A stretch of DNA of 64,000 nucleotides from an uncultured Lachnospiraceae bacterium (GCA_964430755.1 CAYSFT010000002.1:21001-85000); one strand, 5' to 3'. Positions 19,008 through 29,519 are shown, counted from the first letter of the stretch. Notes: generated by a model from the letters alone, not told the origin. Program-made: numbers and translations.

Positions 19008-19427
19008 ATGGCTGAGAGAATTTTGGGTGTCGATTTCGGCGATACACGAACGGGACTTGCCGTCAGCGATACGCTTGGTATGCTCGCAAACGGAATCGGA
19101 TATGTTAATTCCACATATATGCCGAAGACCGTGTTGCTTGTCAGCGAAAAGGCGAAGGAGTACGACGTTACGAGGATAGTTGTCGGACTTCCGATCAATA
19201 TGAACGGTACTCGCGGCCCAAGAGCCGAACACGCAGAAGAATTTGCAAAGCTGCTCGGTGAGGCAACGGGATTACCCATCGAAATGTTTGACGAGCGATG
19301 CAGCACGATGGCGGCGCATCAGATACTCAATTTCACTGACACACGCGGAAAAAAACGTAAAGCCGCAGTGGATACGCTTTCGGCACAGATAATTCTTCAG
19401 AATTACCTCGACAGTCGAAGAAAATAA
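19008..19427 (+). CDS. ruvX: YqgF/RuvX Holliday-junction-resolvase-like nuclease
   Basis: ILGVDFGDTRTGLAVSD ... DERCST motifs. Confidence 0.9.
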   Translation: MAERILGVDFGDTRTGLAVSDTLGMLANGIGYVNSTYMPKTVLLVSEKAKEYDVTRIVVGLPINMNGTRGPRAEHAEEFAKLLGEATGLPIEMFDERCSTMAAHQILNFTDTRGKKRKAAVDTLSAQIILQNYLDSRRK

Positions 19428-19432
19428 AAAAA

Positions 19433-19459
19433 CGCCCAACTGTTTTTCTCGGTTGGGCG
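19433..19459. terminator. convergent terminator hairpin
   Basis: Stem cgcccaac / gttgggcg. The T-run is strong on the minus strand (gcgtttttttatttt). Confidence 0.7.
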
Positions 19460-19469
19460 AAATCTGCTT

Positions 19470-20501
19470 TTACTGTTTGGGCAGTTTTATGTTGTCGTAA
19501 GCATGGAGGTCAACGATATGAGTGCGGTAATAATCCGCAAGGATAACGCAGGAGTCGCGGTTTAAGTGCACTCCGTCTGACGAATGTGCGGGATCGAGCG
19601 TGCCGTCCTCAAGGATGAAAAGCTCGCGAGGATCGAGTAAAAACAGCTCTTTTTCTTTGACAAGCGTGGTCAGATACTCATTGAATATCACATTCTTTTC
19701 ATTTGTGATTCCATAAAGAGTTGTTTCGGATGAATAGGTCGTTACGGGAATTATAAGCTGAACATATATCGGAACGTCCGTAACTTCACGCAAGGCATCG
19801 ACAAGCTTTGAAAATTCGGCAATAAATCCATCAACTCCCCATCCGAGCTCGTTGAGACCGGTTGCTATATAGATGGCTTTATAGTTTACGTCCTCGTGCT
19901 CGAGTGCTTCGAGGAGCGTATACGATTGAAGCTCGCCTTCCTCATCCGGCAGACGTATGAACGGCTGTTTCATTAAAAGTCCGACATTGAGTCCGACCGA
20001 GGAAAAATCGTATGGGGAAATTTTGGAATATTTTATGAGTCCCTTGGTTCGCGAATCACCGATGAACACTGTGTCATCAAAATAACTGTAATCGACCGCT
20101 TCACATTCGGGGACAGCACTTGCAAAATCGTAGATAACAGGTGTTCGCGGAATCGGCGGAGCTTCGGCTTCGTCAATCGGGGTGACATTTTCAAGCCCGA
20201 TGTCGCTTTGGGCTTGCGGCGGCAGGTTGTGTGTTGAATATTTGTAATTATATTCGCAGAAAAGCTGTGAGATCAAGAAAATCGCGGCGCAAACGGTTAT
20301 AATTGCAAATATCAGATTGGTTACTGTAACCGCACGCGAAACACAGCTGTTTTTTTCAGGCTCATCGACCTTAACCGGTTCACTTGTTTGGGCAGCGGCA
20401 GGAACGGCTTTTATCGGATATATTTTTTCCGTTTTCACATGGTTTGAATGTTTATTTCTGTTCAGATGTTTCTTTTTTCCATGATGCTTCTTCTTGCTCA
20501 A
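19470..20501 (-). CDS. membrane-anchored SGNH/GDSL-family hydrolase
   Basis: FIGDSRTKG and SSDGVHLN blocks, basic N-terminus and one TM segment. I chose the TTG start at 20501, 7 nt after aaggaggtg. Confidence 0.7.
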   Translation of the reverse strand: MSKKKHHGKKKHLNRNKHSNHVKTEKIYPIKAVPAAAQTSEPVKVDEPEKNSCVSRAVTVTNLIFAIITVCAAIFLISQLFCEYNYKYSTHNLPPQAQSDIGLENVTPIDEAEAPPIPRTPVIYDFASAVPECEAVDYSYFDDTVFIGDSRTKGLIKYSKISPYDFSSVGLNVGLLMKQPFIRLPDEEGELQSYTLLEALEHEDVNYKAIYIATGLNELGWGVDGFIAEFSKLVDALREVTDVPIYVQLIIPVTTYSSETTLYGITNEKNVIFNEYLTTLVKEKELFLLDPRELFILEDGTLDPAHSSDGVHLNRDSCVILADYYRTHIVDLHAYDNIKLPKQ

Positions 20502-20586
20502 ACCGTTCCACCTCCTTTGACACCGATGATATAAAGCATTCCACAAAATAATTATACCACAAAGAAAGCACGGTTGCAATATTAAT

Positions 20587-21225
20587 TTGAAAAATACGAA
20601 AATTAATTATCAAGCCATACTCGATAAGGAGCTCTCGCTGATAGAGGAAAAAAAGTCAGCTCCGAGCTTGCTTTTACACGCCTGTTGTGCACCTTGCTCG
20701 AGCTATGTTCTTGAGTATCTTACCAGATATTTTAATATAACGCTGTATTTTTACAATCCCAATATCACCGATTTTGACGAATACAAAAAGCGTGCCGATG
20801 AGCTATGTAGACTGATATCGGTGATGGAGCACCAAAATCCGATAGAGCTTATCGTTTGCGAGCATGAGGCGAGCAGGTTTCTTGAATTGTCCCGTGGGCT
20901 TGAAGCACTTCCCGAGGGTGGAGTGCGCTGCTTTGCCTGTTACCGTGAGCGTCTTGAAGCGACGGCGCGTTATATGTCTGAAAATACAGAGAAATATGAT
21001 TATTTCGCAACGACACTGACCGTCAGTCCGCACAAAAACGCTGATAAGCTTAATGAAATCGGTGCCGAGCTTTCGGAAAAGTACGGCGTTCGTTATCTGC
21101 CCTCCGATTTCAAAAAGCGAGAGGGTTACAAGCGTTCAATAGAGCTCTCACGGGAATACGGGCTTTACAGACAGGATTTCTGCGGCTGTGAATTTTCGAG
21201 GATGTTTAAGCATGGAAACTCTTGA
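20587..21225 (+). CDS. queH: epoxyqueuosine reductase QueH
   Basis: LLLHACCAPCSSY, FYNPNI and FCGCEFS motifs. The TTG start lacks a clear RBS, so the start is uncertain. Confidence 0.85.
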   Translation: MKNTKINYQAILDKELSLIEEKKSAPSLLLHACCAPCSSYVLEYLTRYFNITLYFYNPNITDFDEYKKRADELCRLISVMEHQNPIELIVCEHEASRFLELSRGLEALPEGGVRCFACYRERLEATARYMSENTEKYDYFATTLTVSPHKNADKLNEIGAELSEKYGVRYLPSDFKKREGYKRSIELSREYGLYRQDFCGCEFSRMFKHGNS

Positions 21226-21913
21226 GTTCGGTAAGATTGTCTGCCGTGTTACACGTCGGGACAGACGCTCTGTATGCTTCCGTGTGGCAAAGGACGGAAC
21301 ACCCGAAATACTTGCGCCGAAGCGGATGACATTATATAAAATAAAAGAGCTTATGCTTCCGTATACCGAGCGCATCGAATCGGAATGTGAGCGACAAAGA
21401 GATTTGATTGCATCGCGTGAGGCGTTTTCACTTGATTACGGCTCGAAAGTGCGTTTCCTTGGAGCAGAGCGTGAAATACGTGCCGGTGACGGTTCCTCGA
21501 TGTTTATTGATAATGAAGCGGTTTATCTGCCGCCGATGCTTTCCTCGGACGAGATACGCACAGCGACGGTGGCGCTTTATAAAAAATATGCAAAGGAATA
21601 TATCTCGCAAAGAGTTTCCGAGCTTGCCGCTTTGATGGGGCTTTCGCCGAGTGCGGTGAAATTCAACAGTGCAACCTCACATTGGGCAAGCTGTTCACGA
21701 ACGGGCTCTCTTAATTTTTCGTGGTTCTGCATTATGGCGAATTCCGAGGCAATTGATTATATCATTGTTCACGAGCTTTGTCATATGCGTGAATTCAATC
21801 ACAGCAAGCGTTTTTGGGAAAATGTTGCCGTTCACTGTCCCGATTATAAACGCCACAGGGCATATCTTAAGGGATTATGGCGTGAAATACTTTCCGAAAA
21901 TTGGGGAAAATAA
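21212..21913 (+). CDS. YgjP-like (DUF45/M48-related) metal-dependent hydrolase
   Basis: VHELCHMREFNHSKRFW motif. I chose the ATG at 21212, which overlaps the queH end. Confidence 0.8.
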   Translation: METLEFGKIVCRVTRRDRRSVCFRVAKDGTPEILAPKRMTLYKIKELMLPYTERIESECERQRDLIASREAFSLDYGSKVRFLGAEREIRAGDGSSMFIDNEAVYLPPMLSSDEIRTATVALYKKYAKEYISQRVSELAALMGLSPSAVKFNSATSHWASCSRTGSLNFSWFCIMANSEAIDYIIVHELCHMREFNHSKRFWENVAVHCPDYKRHRAYLKGLWREILSENWGK

Positions 21914-22080
21914 TTTATTTATCTTCTCGGGGAATCTTTTAAAACAAAATATTTTCGAAAAATATTAAAAAAATTACGATTTCCTATTTATTTGACGCGA
22001 ATTATGTGTTATAATTAGAATGATATATTATAAATACTGCGATGTGACTGTCACTCGCTATGATATTAAACGAGGTTTGT

Positions 22081-23580
22081 ATGAACAATAACCGTCAACC
22101 AAATAGCGGCAGACCCCATATTCCGCCGCAGGGACAGCCGCAAAACCGTCAGGCCCAGAATAGACCGGCACAGCCTATGCAAAATAACTCAAACGTCAAT
22201 CCGGGGATGAACCGAATCAAGGATCAAACGCCGACACAGCGACGTACAGTGAAAAGCGAGGTTAAGCTGACTCCGGAGCAAATTGAAATCAACCGTGTCA
22301 ATAGGCAAAGAGAAAGATATTACATCAAAAAAAGACGTAAGGCAAGCTTTAAGACATTCTTGGCGAGATTTTTGCTGTTTCTCGTAATATTTGCGCTTAT
22401 GCTGGCAATTGCCGGCGGAGTATTTATGCGCGTGCTGACAAGTGCACCGGAGGATAAGTCGTCAAGCTACAGTTATTCTATCGGCGACAGTCAATATTCG
22501 CTTCCGAGCTCGAAGGCTGTCAGAGACGGCAGAGTTTATGTCAGCTTCTCCGATATTGCAGAGATGTGTGATCTTGCAGTTACCGGTTCAAACGATGATA
22601 TGAAGTATGTTATCAAGGGTGACGAAGCGGAAACGATACGGTTTGTTACCGATTCGCGTGTGGTTTACGTGAACGGCGTTGAAACGCGCCTTGGAGCGAA
22701 CTGCTACTTTGAGAATAAAGAATTGTATGTTCCGGTTGAGTTTGTCGGCGCATATTTGAGTGGAATCAATGTTGAGGTTGACGAGGGCAGGCATACAGTC
22801 ACTGTTGAGCGGATTATTACCAATTTAGGCGAAAACGGTAAGCTTCCAAAAGGTGAAGAACCGATTTATGCTGAGCTTTCCTTCCTGCTGCAGTCCACAG
22901 TAGGTCTTGAGCCTCTTGATGAGGAAGCGGAAATGCTGGCGGAGCTTCCCGATTTTGGATTTGTCTCCAATCTCGCGGCTTACGAGGAATATATGAACCC
23001 CGGAAACACCGACGAATTTTTAACGCTTGTTAATATAAATAACAAGCTCGGTGCCGATCATATTCCGCAGGATCTTGCATCACTTGTTGATACGAGACAG
23101 GACGGTCGCGAAACCCAGATGATGCGCAAAAATGCGGCGATGTCACTTGAAGCAATGTTCAAGGAGCTTCGTGCGGCAGGGTATGAGGATGTCAGCGTAA
23201 CCAGCGCATACAGAAGCTACAGCTATCAGGAATATCTTTTTAATATGTATCTTGCGCAGAATAATAACGATTATGAAAAAGTGGCGTCGTTCTCGAATCC
23301 TCCGGGTTCGAGTGAGCATCAGACAGGACTCTGCGCGGATCTGCATAATCTGCCGAGCGCAACCAAGGCTTTTGCAGATGAGCCTGCTTACGATTGGCTT
23401 CGTGAAAACTGCTGGAAGTTTGGCTTCATACTTCGTTATCCCGAGGATAAGACGGAGATCACGGGTATCTCATTTGAACCGTGGCATTACCGTTATGTCG
23501 GACGTTATCATGCGCAGAAGATGCATGAATCAAATATGTGTCTTGAGGAATATCTTGAATATATTTCCCCGGGAAACTGA
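22081..23580 (+). CDS. membrane-anchored D-alanyl-D-alanine carboxypeptidase (VanY/M15B family)
   Basis: SAYRSYSYQ, SEHQTGLCADL and FEPWHYRYVG motifs. Q/N/P-rich N-terminus followed by a TM segment. ATG at 22081 after gagg. Confidence 0.8.
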   Translation: MNNNRQPNSGRPHIPPQGQPQNRQAQNRPAQPMQNNSNVNPGMNRIKDQTPTQRRTVKSEVKLTPEQIEINRVNRQRERYYIKKRRKASFKTFLARFLLFLVIFALMLAIAGGVFMRVLTSAPEDKSSSYSYSIGDSQYSLPSSKAVRDGRVYVSFSDIAEMCDLAVTGSNDDMKYVIKGDEAETIRFVTDSRVVYVNGVETRLGANCYFENKELYVPVEFVGAYLSGINVEVDEGRHTVTVERIITNLGENGKLPKGEEPIYAELSFLLQSTVGLEPLDEEAEMLAELPDFGFVSNLAAYEEYMNPGNTDEFLTLVNINNKLGADHIPQDLASLVDTRQDGRETQMMRKNAAMSLEAMFKELRAAGYEDVSVTSAYRSYSYQEYLFNMYLAQNNNDYEKVASFSNPPGSSEHQTGLCADLHNLPSATKAFADEPAYDWLRENCWKFGFILRYPEDKTEITGISFEPWHYRYVGRYHAQKMHESNMCLEEYLEYISPGN

Positions 23581-23692
23581 TATTTGCGTGTGATTTTTCA
23601 GAATATTTAAAATTTAGTTTGTTAATATGTACATGACAGCCGTACTTTTTTCAGGGTGCGGCTGTCAACGCTTACGAAATTTCGATCGACAC

Positions 23693-23721
23693 TTGACAAA
23701 GTGCCTTTTTTTTCATATAAT
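23693..23721 (+). promoter_or_regulatory. sigma-A-type promoter of lysC
   Basis: TTGACA, 17-nt spacer, TATAAT. Confidence 0.6.
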
Positions 23722-23776
23722 ATAATATGTGCAATAAAATTGTCAATATAATTTTTATATACAGAGGTTGATTATC

Positions 23777-25090
23777 GTGTTAAAGGTTGTAAAATTCGGC
23801 GGCAGCTCTCTTGCGGATGCCGCACAGTTTAAGAAGGTTGCAGATATCATAAAGGCTGAGGCAGAGCGCCGTTATGTCGTTCCCTCCGCGCCCGGTAAGC
23901 GTTTCAAGGATGATACAAAAGTCACCGATATGCTCTATACTTGCTACGATATGGCGGCAAGAGGCGAGGACATTAACGAATATTTCTCGGCTATCGAGGC
24001 GCGTTACAACGGTATCATTGCCGAGCTCGGACTCGATTTCTCGCTTGATGATGATTTTCATCTCATAAAGAACGCTTTCATACATAAGGCAGGACGTGAC
24101 TTCGCTGCAAGCCGCGGTGAATATCTTAACGGTAAGATCCTGGCTCGTTACCTCGGCTTCGACTTTATAGATGCCGCAGAGGTTATCTTCTTCAACGATA
24201 ACGGTCTTTTTGATTCCGAGAGAACAAATTCGGTTCTTTCCGAGGTTCTGAAAAAGCACGAATATGCTGTTATCCCCGGCTTCTACGGCTCTATGCCGAA
24301 CGACACCATCAAGACCTTCTCGCGCGGCGGCTCGGATATAACAGGTTCGATCGTTGCACGTGCGGCTGAATGTGACATTTACGAAAACTGGACGGACGTT
24401 GACGGCTTCCTTATGGCTGACCCGCGTATCGTTGATTCTCCACGTGTTATTAACGAGATCACATATCGCGAGCTGCGTGAGCTTTCATATATGGGCGCTA
24501 CTGTACTCCATGAGGATGCAATTTTCCCCGTGCGTATCGCAGGTATTCCGATAAATATCAGAAACACAAACAATCCCGAGGCTCACGGAACATTCATCGT
24601 TTCATCGAGCGATAAATATGACACAGGCAACGTCATCACCGGTGTTGCAGGTAAAAAGGGATTCTCGGTACTCACAATCGAAAAGGATATGATGAACGCC
24701 GAGGTTGGCTTCGGACGCCGTGTTCTTGAGGTTCTCGAAACCAATGGTATCTGCTTTGAGCATCTTCCCTCCGGAATTGATAACATGAGTATTATACTCA
24801 ACACACATGAGCTTGATGGTAAGCGCGAGGCAATTAAGACGGGTATCTGCCGTCATGTAAACCCCGAAACGCTTGAAATCGAAGACGGACTTGCGCTTGT
24901 TGCAGTTGTCGGACGCGCTATGGTTAAGGCGAAGGGTACTGCGGCACGAGTATTCAAGGCGATAAGCGGTGCAGGTATTAATATTCGCATGATTGACCAG
25001 GGTTCAAGCGAAATCAGTATTATAGTCGGCGTTGAGGAAGCGGACTTCGAGGATGCACTTCGCGCAATTTACCAGGAATTTGTTTATTAA
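23777..25090 (+). CDS. lysC: aspartate kinase
   Basis: KFGGSSLA and GGSD motifs with C-terminal ACT domains. I chose the GTG at 23777, 9 nt after agagg; the track start is a TTG at 23768. Confidence 0.9.
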   Translation: MLKVVKFGGSSLADAAQFKKVADIIKAEAERRYVVPSAPGKRFKDDTKVTDMLYTCYDMAARGEDINEYFSAIEARYNGIIAELGLDFSLDDDFHLIKNAFIHKAGRDFAASRGEYLNGKILARYLGFDFIDAAEVIFFNDNGLFDSERTNSVLSEVLKKHEYAVIPGFYGSMPNDTIKTFSRGGSDITGSIVARAAECDIYENWTDVDGFLMADPRIVDSPRVINEITYRELRELSYMGATVLHEDAIFPVRIAGIPINIRNTNNPEAHGTFIVSSSDKYDTGNVITGVAGKKGFSVLTIEKDMMNAEVGFGRRVLEVLETNGICFEHLPSGIDNMSIILNTHELDGKREAIKTGICRHVNPETLEIEDGLALVAVVGRAMVKAKGTAARVFKAISGAGINIRMIDQGSSEISIIVGVEEADFEDALRAIYQEFVY

Positions 25091-25092
25091 TC

Positions 25093-25911
25093 ATGGGAAA
25101 CAAGTCGTATAAAATATTTGATATCCACACTCACACATATCCCGAAGCTATAGCCGAAAAAGCGGTTACGAGTCTTAATGCGTTTTATGAGTTTGTTTGC
25201 GAGGGAAAGGGTACATATGCCGATCTCGAAGCAAACAGTCGTGCAAACAATGTGAAAGGTATGCTGCTTTTCTCGGTTGCGACGAATCCTCATCAGGTTC
25301 AGAAGGTGAACGATTCAATTGCGGCACTGGCGCAGAAATCGCGTGATGACGGATATGAAACCGTGGGATTCATGGGTATGCACCAGGATTATCCCGATTT
25401 TGCGGCGGAGGTTGACCGTGCACAGTCACTGGGACTTCGCGGCGTTAAAATTCATCCGGATATTCAGGGAATCGACATCGACGCGCCTCGCATGATGGAG
25501 CTTTACGAGATCATAGAGGGACGTATGCCGCTTTATCTGCATATGGGCGATCCGCGTCCGAAATACCGTTTTTCAGAGCCTAAAAAGTTAGCGCGTGTGC
25601 TCGACAGATTTCCGAAGCTTGAGGTCGTTGCGGCACATCTCGGCGGTTACGGAGCGTGGGATGAAGCAGTGGAATGTCTTGTGGGCAGACCGACTGTTTG
25701 GTATGATACTTCAAGCGCTTTATGGACGATGACGTCGGAGTATGCAGGCGAGCTGATACATAAGCTTGGTGCTGACCGTGTAATGTTCGGTACGGATTAT
25801 CCCGTTAAAAACACCGAGGGCGAGATCGAACGTCTTCTTAAAATTGACCTCACCGAAAAAGAGCGCGAGGACATTTTCTACAATAACGCAAAGAGATTTT
25901 TGAAAATATGA
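25093..25911 (+). CDS. amidohydrolase-2 family TIM-barrel metal hydrolase
   Basis: IFDIHTHTYP ... HLGG ... FGTDYP metal-ligand pattern. Confidence 0.8.
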   Translation: MGNKSYKIFDIHTHTYPEAIAEKAVTSLNAFYEFVCEGKGTYADLEANSRANNVKGMLLFSVATNPHQVQKVNDSIAALAQKSRDDGYETVGFMGMHQDYPDFAAEVDRAQSLGLRGVKIHPDIQGIDIDAPRMMELYEIIEGRMPLYLHMGDPRPKYRFSEPKKLARVLDRFPKLEVVAAHLGGYGAWDEAVECLVGRPTVWYDTSSALWTMTSEYAGELIHKLGADRVMFGTDYPVKNTEGEIERLLKIDLTEKEREDIFYNNAKRFLKI

Positions 25912-27005
25912 AGATATATCATTCGGTTAAAGAAATAAACGTGGACCGCGATATGTGGCAGACGCTCAAGGAATCGACAAAGCCGATCGTGATGTATGGA
26001 ATGGGAAACGGTGCGGACAAGATCCTCGCCGTTTTTTCAGAGAAGGGAATTGAAGTTTCCGATTTTTTTGCATCGGATGGGTTTGTGCGGCATCAGCTTT
26101 TTCATGACAAGACGGTTATGAGCTATGCCGAAATTTCTGCGAAGTATGACGATTTTATAATTGTTGTGTCGTTCGGAACGCAGCTGTCGGAGGTTCTTGA
26201 GAATATTTACCGTCTTGACGCTGAACGTGAACTATATATTCCCGATGTGCCCGTTGTGAATGACGGTGAGGTGTTTGATCTTGAATTTTTCGAGCGTCAC
26301 CGTGATGAGCTTGATACGGTATGTGATATACTTGCAGATGACTTATCAAAGCAAACATTCTGCGATGTGATACTCTACCGTCTGACGGGTAAGCTCGAAT
26401 ATCTTCGCCGTCACGTTGTTACCAATAATGAAGTGATGGGACAGATACTCCACACGAAAAATTACCGTTATACTGCCGATCTCGGTGCATACAACGGAGA
26501 CAGTATACGTGAGCTTTACGAGTTTTCGCCGAAACTTTCGCGTGTCGTTGCCTTTGAGCCGGATGCTCGAACATTCAAAAAACTGACTGCGTTTGCCGAG
26601 AGTGTGCCATATGAGATAAAAGCGTACAATTTCGCCGCATGGGACAAGGACATGACGCTTGAATTCACTGCAGGCGGAAACCGTAATTCCACGCTTATCG
26701 GAAATGATGCCATTAAAACCGGTGCAAAGATCAAAACAGTTACGGCATCACGTCTTGACAGCGTTTACGCCGGTGAATGTGACTACATCAAGTATGATGT
26801 CGAGGGAGCAGAATACGAAGCGTTACTCGGTTCACGCGAGACCATAAAAAGGGAACATCCCGAGCTGCTTGTGTCACTATACCACAGAAGCGAGGATTTA
26901 TACCGTTTGCCGCTGCTTGTAAGGGATATGGGATATGATAAGCTTTATCTTCGCAGATATGAATATGTCCCTGCGTGGGATCTTAACTTATTGGCTGTTA
27001 AATAA
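25908..27005 (+). CDS. FkbM-family methyltransferase
   Basis: C-terminal DLGAYNGDS ... IKYDVEGAEYEAL pattern. ATGA overlap with the upstream gene. Confidence 0.8.
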   Translation: MKIYHSVKEINVDRDMWQTLKESTKPIVMYGMGNGADKILAVFSEKGIEVSDFFASDGFVRHQLFHDKTVMSYAEISAKYDDFIIVVSFGTQLSEVLENIYRLDAERELYIPDVPVVNDGEVFDLEFFERHRDELDTVCDILADDLSKQTFCDVILYRLTGKLEYLRRHVVTNNEVMGQILHTKNYRYTADLGAYNGDSIRELYEFSPKLSRVVAFEPDARTFKKLTAFAESVPYEIKAYNFAAWDKDMTLEFTAGGNRNSTLIGNDAIKTGAKIKTVTASRLDSVYAGECDYIKYDVEGAEYEALLGSRETIKREHPELLVSLYHRSEDLYRLPLLVRDMGYDKLYLRRYEYVPAWDLNLLAVK

Positions 27006-27010
27006 AATTG

Positions 27011-27046
27011 AGCTGTCTCAGAGCTTTTTGTGAGACAGCTTTTTCG
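27011..27046 (+). terminator. rho-independent terminator
   Basis: 10-bp stem agctgtctca / tgagacagct followed by ttttt. Confidence 0.8.
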
Positions 27047-27071
27047 TTGTATTGTAAATTATAGTTTACGC

Positions 27072-27222
27072 GAGAGCCCTCATCCGTCACGTCTTACGAC
27101 GTGCCACCTTTCCCCAGGGGAAGGCTCTTAAGTAGTTGGCGGCATATATTAGTGGCATGAAATCTTATCCAAAGGCTTCCCTTGGAGGAAGCTGTTGAGC
27201 TTCGCTCGACTGATGAGGGCAC
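27072..27222. repeat. REP/MITE-like repeat, inverted pair of units
   Basis: Left unit gagagccctcatccgtcac...gtgccacctttccccaggggaaggc. Right unit aaaggcttcccttggaggaagc...gactgatgagggcac, in the opposite orientation. Confidence 0.75.
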
Positions 27223-27255
27223 ACATAACTACAATTTAATTCCTGCGTGCCAATT

Positions 27256-28131
27256 TTATATCAGCTTATTTTTCGCATAAAGAATTTCTCTAAACGCTGA
27301 CGGAGTTGTCGTTTTGAACTTTCTGAAAACTCTGTTGAAATATGATACTGATGAAAATCCAACGTCCGTCGCAACCTCGAGGATGCTTTTTTCAGTTGTT
27401 GTAAGCAAGCCCTCGGCTTTCCATATGCGAACGTGATTTATGTACTCTGTGGGGGTGATGTTTGTTGCTTTTTTGAAGGTGCGGCAGAAGTATTCGCGGT
27501 TTACGTGTATCGTATCTGCAAGGGCCTTCAGCGTTATTTCATCGCGGTAATTTTTGTCTATATATTCGAGCACCGGACGTATTTTTCTGATGACTTCGTT
27601 GGTGTAAATATCCCACACATTTTCAAGTATACGGCTGCGATAAAAGATACCAAGCAGAATGTTTATATATCCGCGGATTATCATCTCAAAGCCGGTTTCC
27701 TCACGGATGTTTTCGTCATACATATCAATGATAATTTTGTATATTCGATTTGTCAGCTCCTCGCCGTTTTTCAGAAAAACGTATTTTTTTGTATTATCCG
27801 TCAAAATAAGCGGCAAATACTTGTCGATTTCACTGAACTCACCCTCATGCAATTTTTCGAGACGGAACTGTATCGTTATTTTTGAGGTGTTTGGTGCTTT
27901 GCAGATGGTACCGTGCGGAACTCGGCGATTGATTACGACAATATCGCCGCGACGAAGCTCGAGTGTATCACTGCCGACTGTTACATCGGCAACGCCCGTA
28001 TGACCGACGAGAATTTCAACTCCGTCATGCAGGTGCATCGGCGTGCAGAATCCCTCTGGGCAAGCGTCTATTCCTTTTGAAAGCATGACCGGTATTCCCG
28101 GAACGTTATGCTGTATGATTGCTACATCCAT
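27256..28131 (-). CDS. AraC-family transcriptional regulator (cupin sensor plus HTH)
   Basis: N-terminal cupin-like domain and C-terminal double HTH (TLKALADTIHVNREYFCRTFK ... VGFSSVSYFNRVF). Confidence 0.9.
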   Translation of the reverse strand: MDVAIIQHNVPGIPVMLSKGIDACPEGFCTPMHLHDGVEILVGHTGVADVTVGSDTLELRRGDIVVINRRVPHGTICKAPNTSKITIQFRLEKLHEGEFSEIDKYLPLILTDNTKKYVFLKNGEELTNRIYKIIIDMYDENIREETGFEMIIRGYINILLGIFYRSRILENVWDIYTNEVIRKIRPVLEYIDKNYRDEITLKALADTIHVNREYFCRTFKKATNITPTEYINHVRIWKAEGLLTTTEKSILEVATDVGFSSVSYFNRVFRKFKTTTPSAFREILYAKNKLI

Positions 28132-28448
28132 GCTGACTCACCTTTCGATTTGCGTTGTGCGTATGCAAGAAGTCAAAATAGTACAACAAAAAGTCAATGT
28201 CGGTATTGCGAAAAAGTCATATAATATATTATAATTATAACACAGCCGCGAATAAATTGCAATAGGCGAAAAAAGTTATTTTTGTTTAAAGTGTGTGGTT
28301 GGTATTTAAACGCTCGGAGCTCTATATTTTGAAGAAAAAAGAAAGAAAAAGAAAAGTTTTCATAGTTTGTTTTCCCATAGCGGACAGGATGAGTCGTCTG
28401 TGACCGAGCGCACGGACGGCTTTTCTATATTTCGATTATATTTTAATC

Positions 28449-28477
28449 TTGACATTCCTGCGAAAATTTGCTATAAT
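28449..28477 (+). promoter_or_regulatory. sigma-A-type promoter
   Basis: TTGACA, 17-nt spacer, TATAAT. The track ORF start at 28449 is actually this -35 box. Confidence 0.6.
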
Positions 28478-28541
28478 ATCACATGAAAATTTAATTGTTC
28501 CAAAGCATATATTCACAACACTCAGGAAAGAAGGCTTTATA

Positions 28542-29303
28542 ATGCAATATTTTTGGGAAACCGTTGAATCACTTAAAGCTGCAAAAATAAAAAACGTCGG
28601 CTTTGAGCATTTTGATGGGACACATATGTTCTGGCTTGTGATGTGTCTTGCTGTTTGCGTATTGTTCAGTGTGCTTTACAGAACTGCAAAAGCCGAAAAC
28701 CGCAAGGCTCTGCGTATATATCTTGCATCGGTGATAGTCGGGCTTGAGCTCATAAAAATAATCGGACTCATTGCGACCGGCTCGTTCACTATCAAATATC
28801 TGCCGCTTCACCTTTGTTCGATTAACATATTTATTATCGCGATACACGCCTTCAAGCCGACAAAAACGCTTGACAACTTTTTATATTTGCTTAGTATCCC
28901 CGGCGCATTTCTTGCTATGCTGATACCGACATGGACCGAGTTGCCGCTTGATAATTTCATGCATATTTTCGGCTTCGGTATGCACGTTTTCCTGCTTGCA
29001 TATCCGATAATGGTGACGGTTGGCGGCGATATCAAGCCTGAACTGCGTCATGTTCCGAAGGTGCTTGCATTGTTGTTGCTTTTTGCTGCCATTGCGTTTG
29101 CGGTGAACAGCAGTCCCGAGGGCGAGAGAATACGTCCCAATTTTATGTTTTTACAGTCGGCATCAGACATCGCACCGCTGCGTTTCTTCAAAAAGCTTTG
29201 CGGCACGCATCTTGTTGCCTTTCCCGTCATTTTAGCGGGCGTTATCGCGCTTTTCTATGCTCCGCCGACGATATGGCGTTACATTAAAAAGAAAAAACAA
29301 TAA
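28542..29303 (+). CDS. YwaF/TMEM164-like integral membrane protein
   Basis: Polytopic membrane protein starting MQYFWETV... with the ATG at 28542 after gaaagaagg. Confidence 0.7.
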   Translation: MQYFWETVESLKAAKIKNVGFEHFDGTHMFWLVMCLAVCVLFSVLYRTAKAENRKALRIYLASVIVGLELIKIIGLIATGSFTIKYLPLHLCSINIFIIAIHAFKPTKTLDNFLYLLSIPGAFLAMLIPTWTELPLDNFMHIFGFGMHVFLLAYPIMVTVGGDIKPELRHVPKVLALLLLFAAIAFAVNSSPEGERIRPNFMFLQSASDIAPLRFFKKLCGTHLVAFPVILAGVIALFYAPPTIWRYIKKKKQ

Positions 29304-29312
29304 CTACATACG

Positions 29313-29348
29313 AGATTGCTGTTTTTTATAGGACGGCAATCTTTTTTA
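29313..29348 (+). terminator. rho-independent terminator
   Basis: Stem agattgctg / cggcaatct followed by tttttt. Confidence 0.7.
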
Positions 29349-29519
29349 TCGGGCTTTGATTTTGCGTGAAACTTGGCGCGAGATGAGTGCAGGAAATCGC
29401 ACGAAAATCGAGGATTCGGGAGAATTTGAGTGTATTTTCCGATTTTCCTCGGAAAAACTCAGGTTAAATCAGTATAAACATAAAAAAATCGCGAAATTTC
29501 AAGAATTTTGCAAAAACTA

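Noticed and set aside
23635-23666. Hairpin gacagccg-N16-cggctgtc after the VanY-like gene, considered as a terminator.
   Set aside because: The loop is large and no T-run follows the stem, so I could not support a terminator call.
28449-28541. TTG start giving a 31-aa extension of the YwaF-like protein.
   Set aside because: The TTG is the first base of a TTGACA -35 box, with TATAAT 17 nt downstream. The ATG at 28542 has an RBS.
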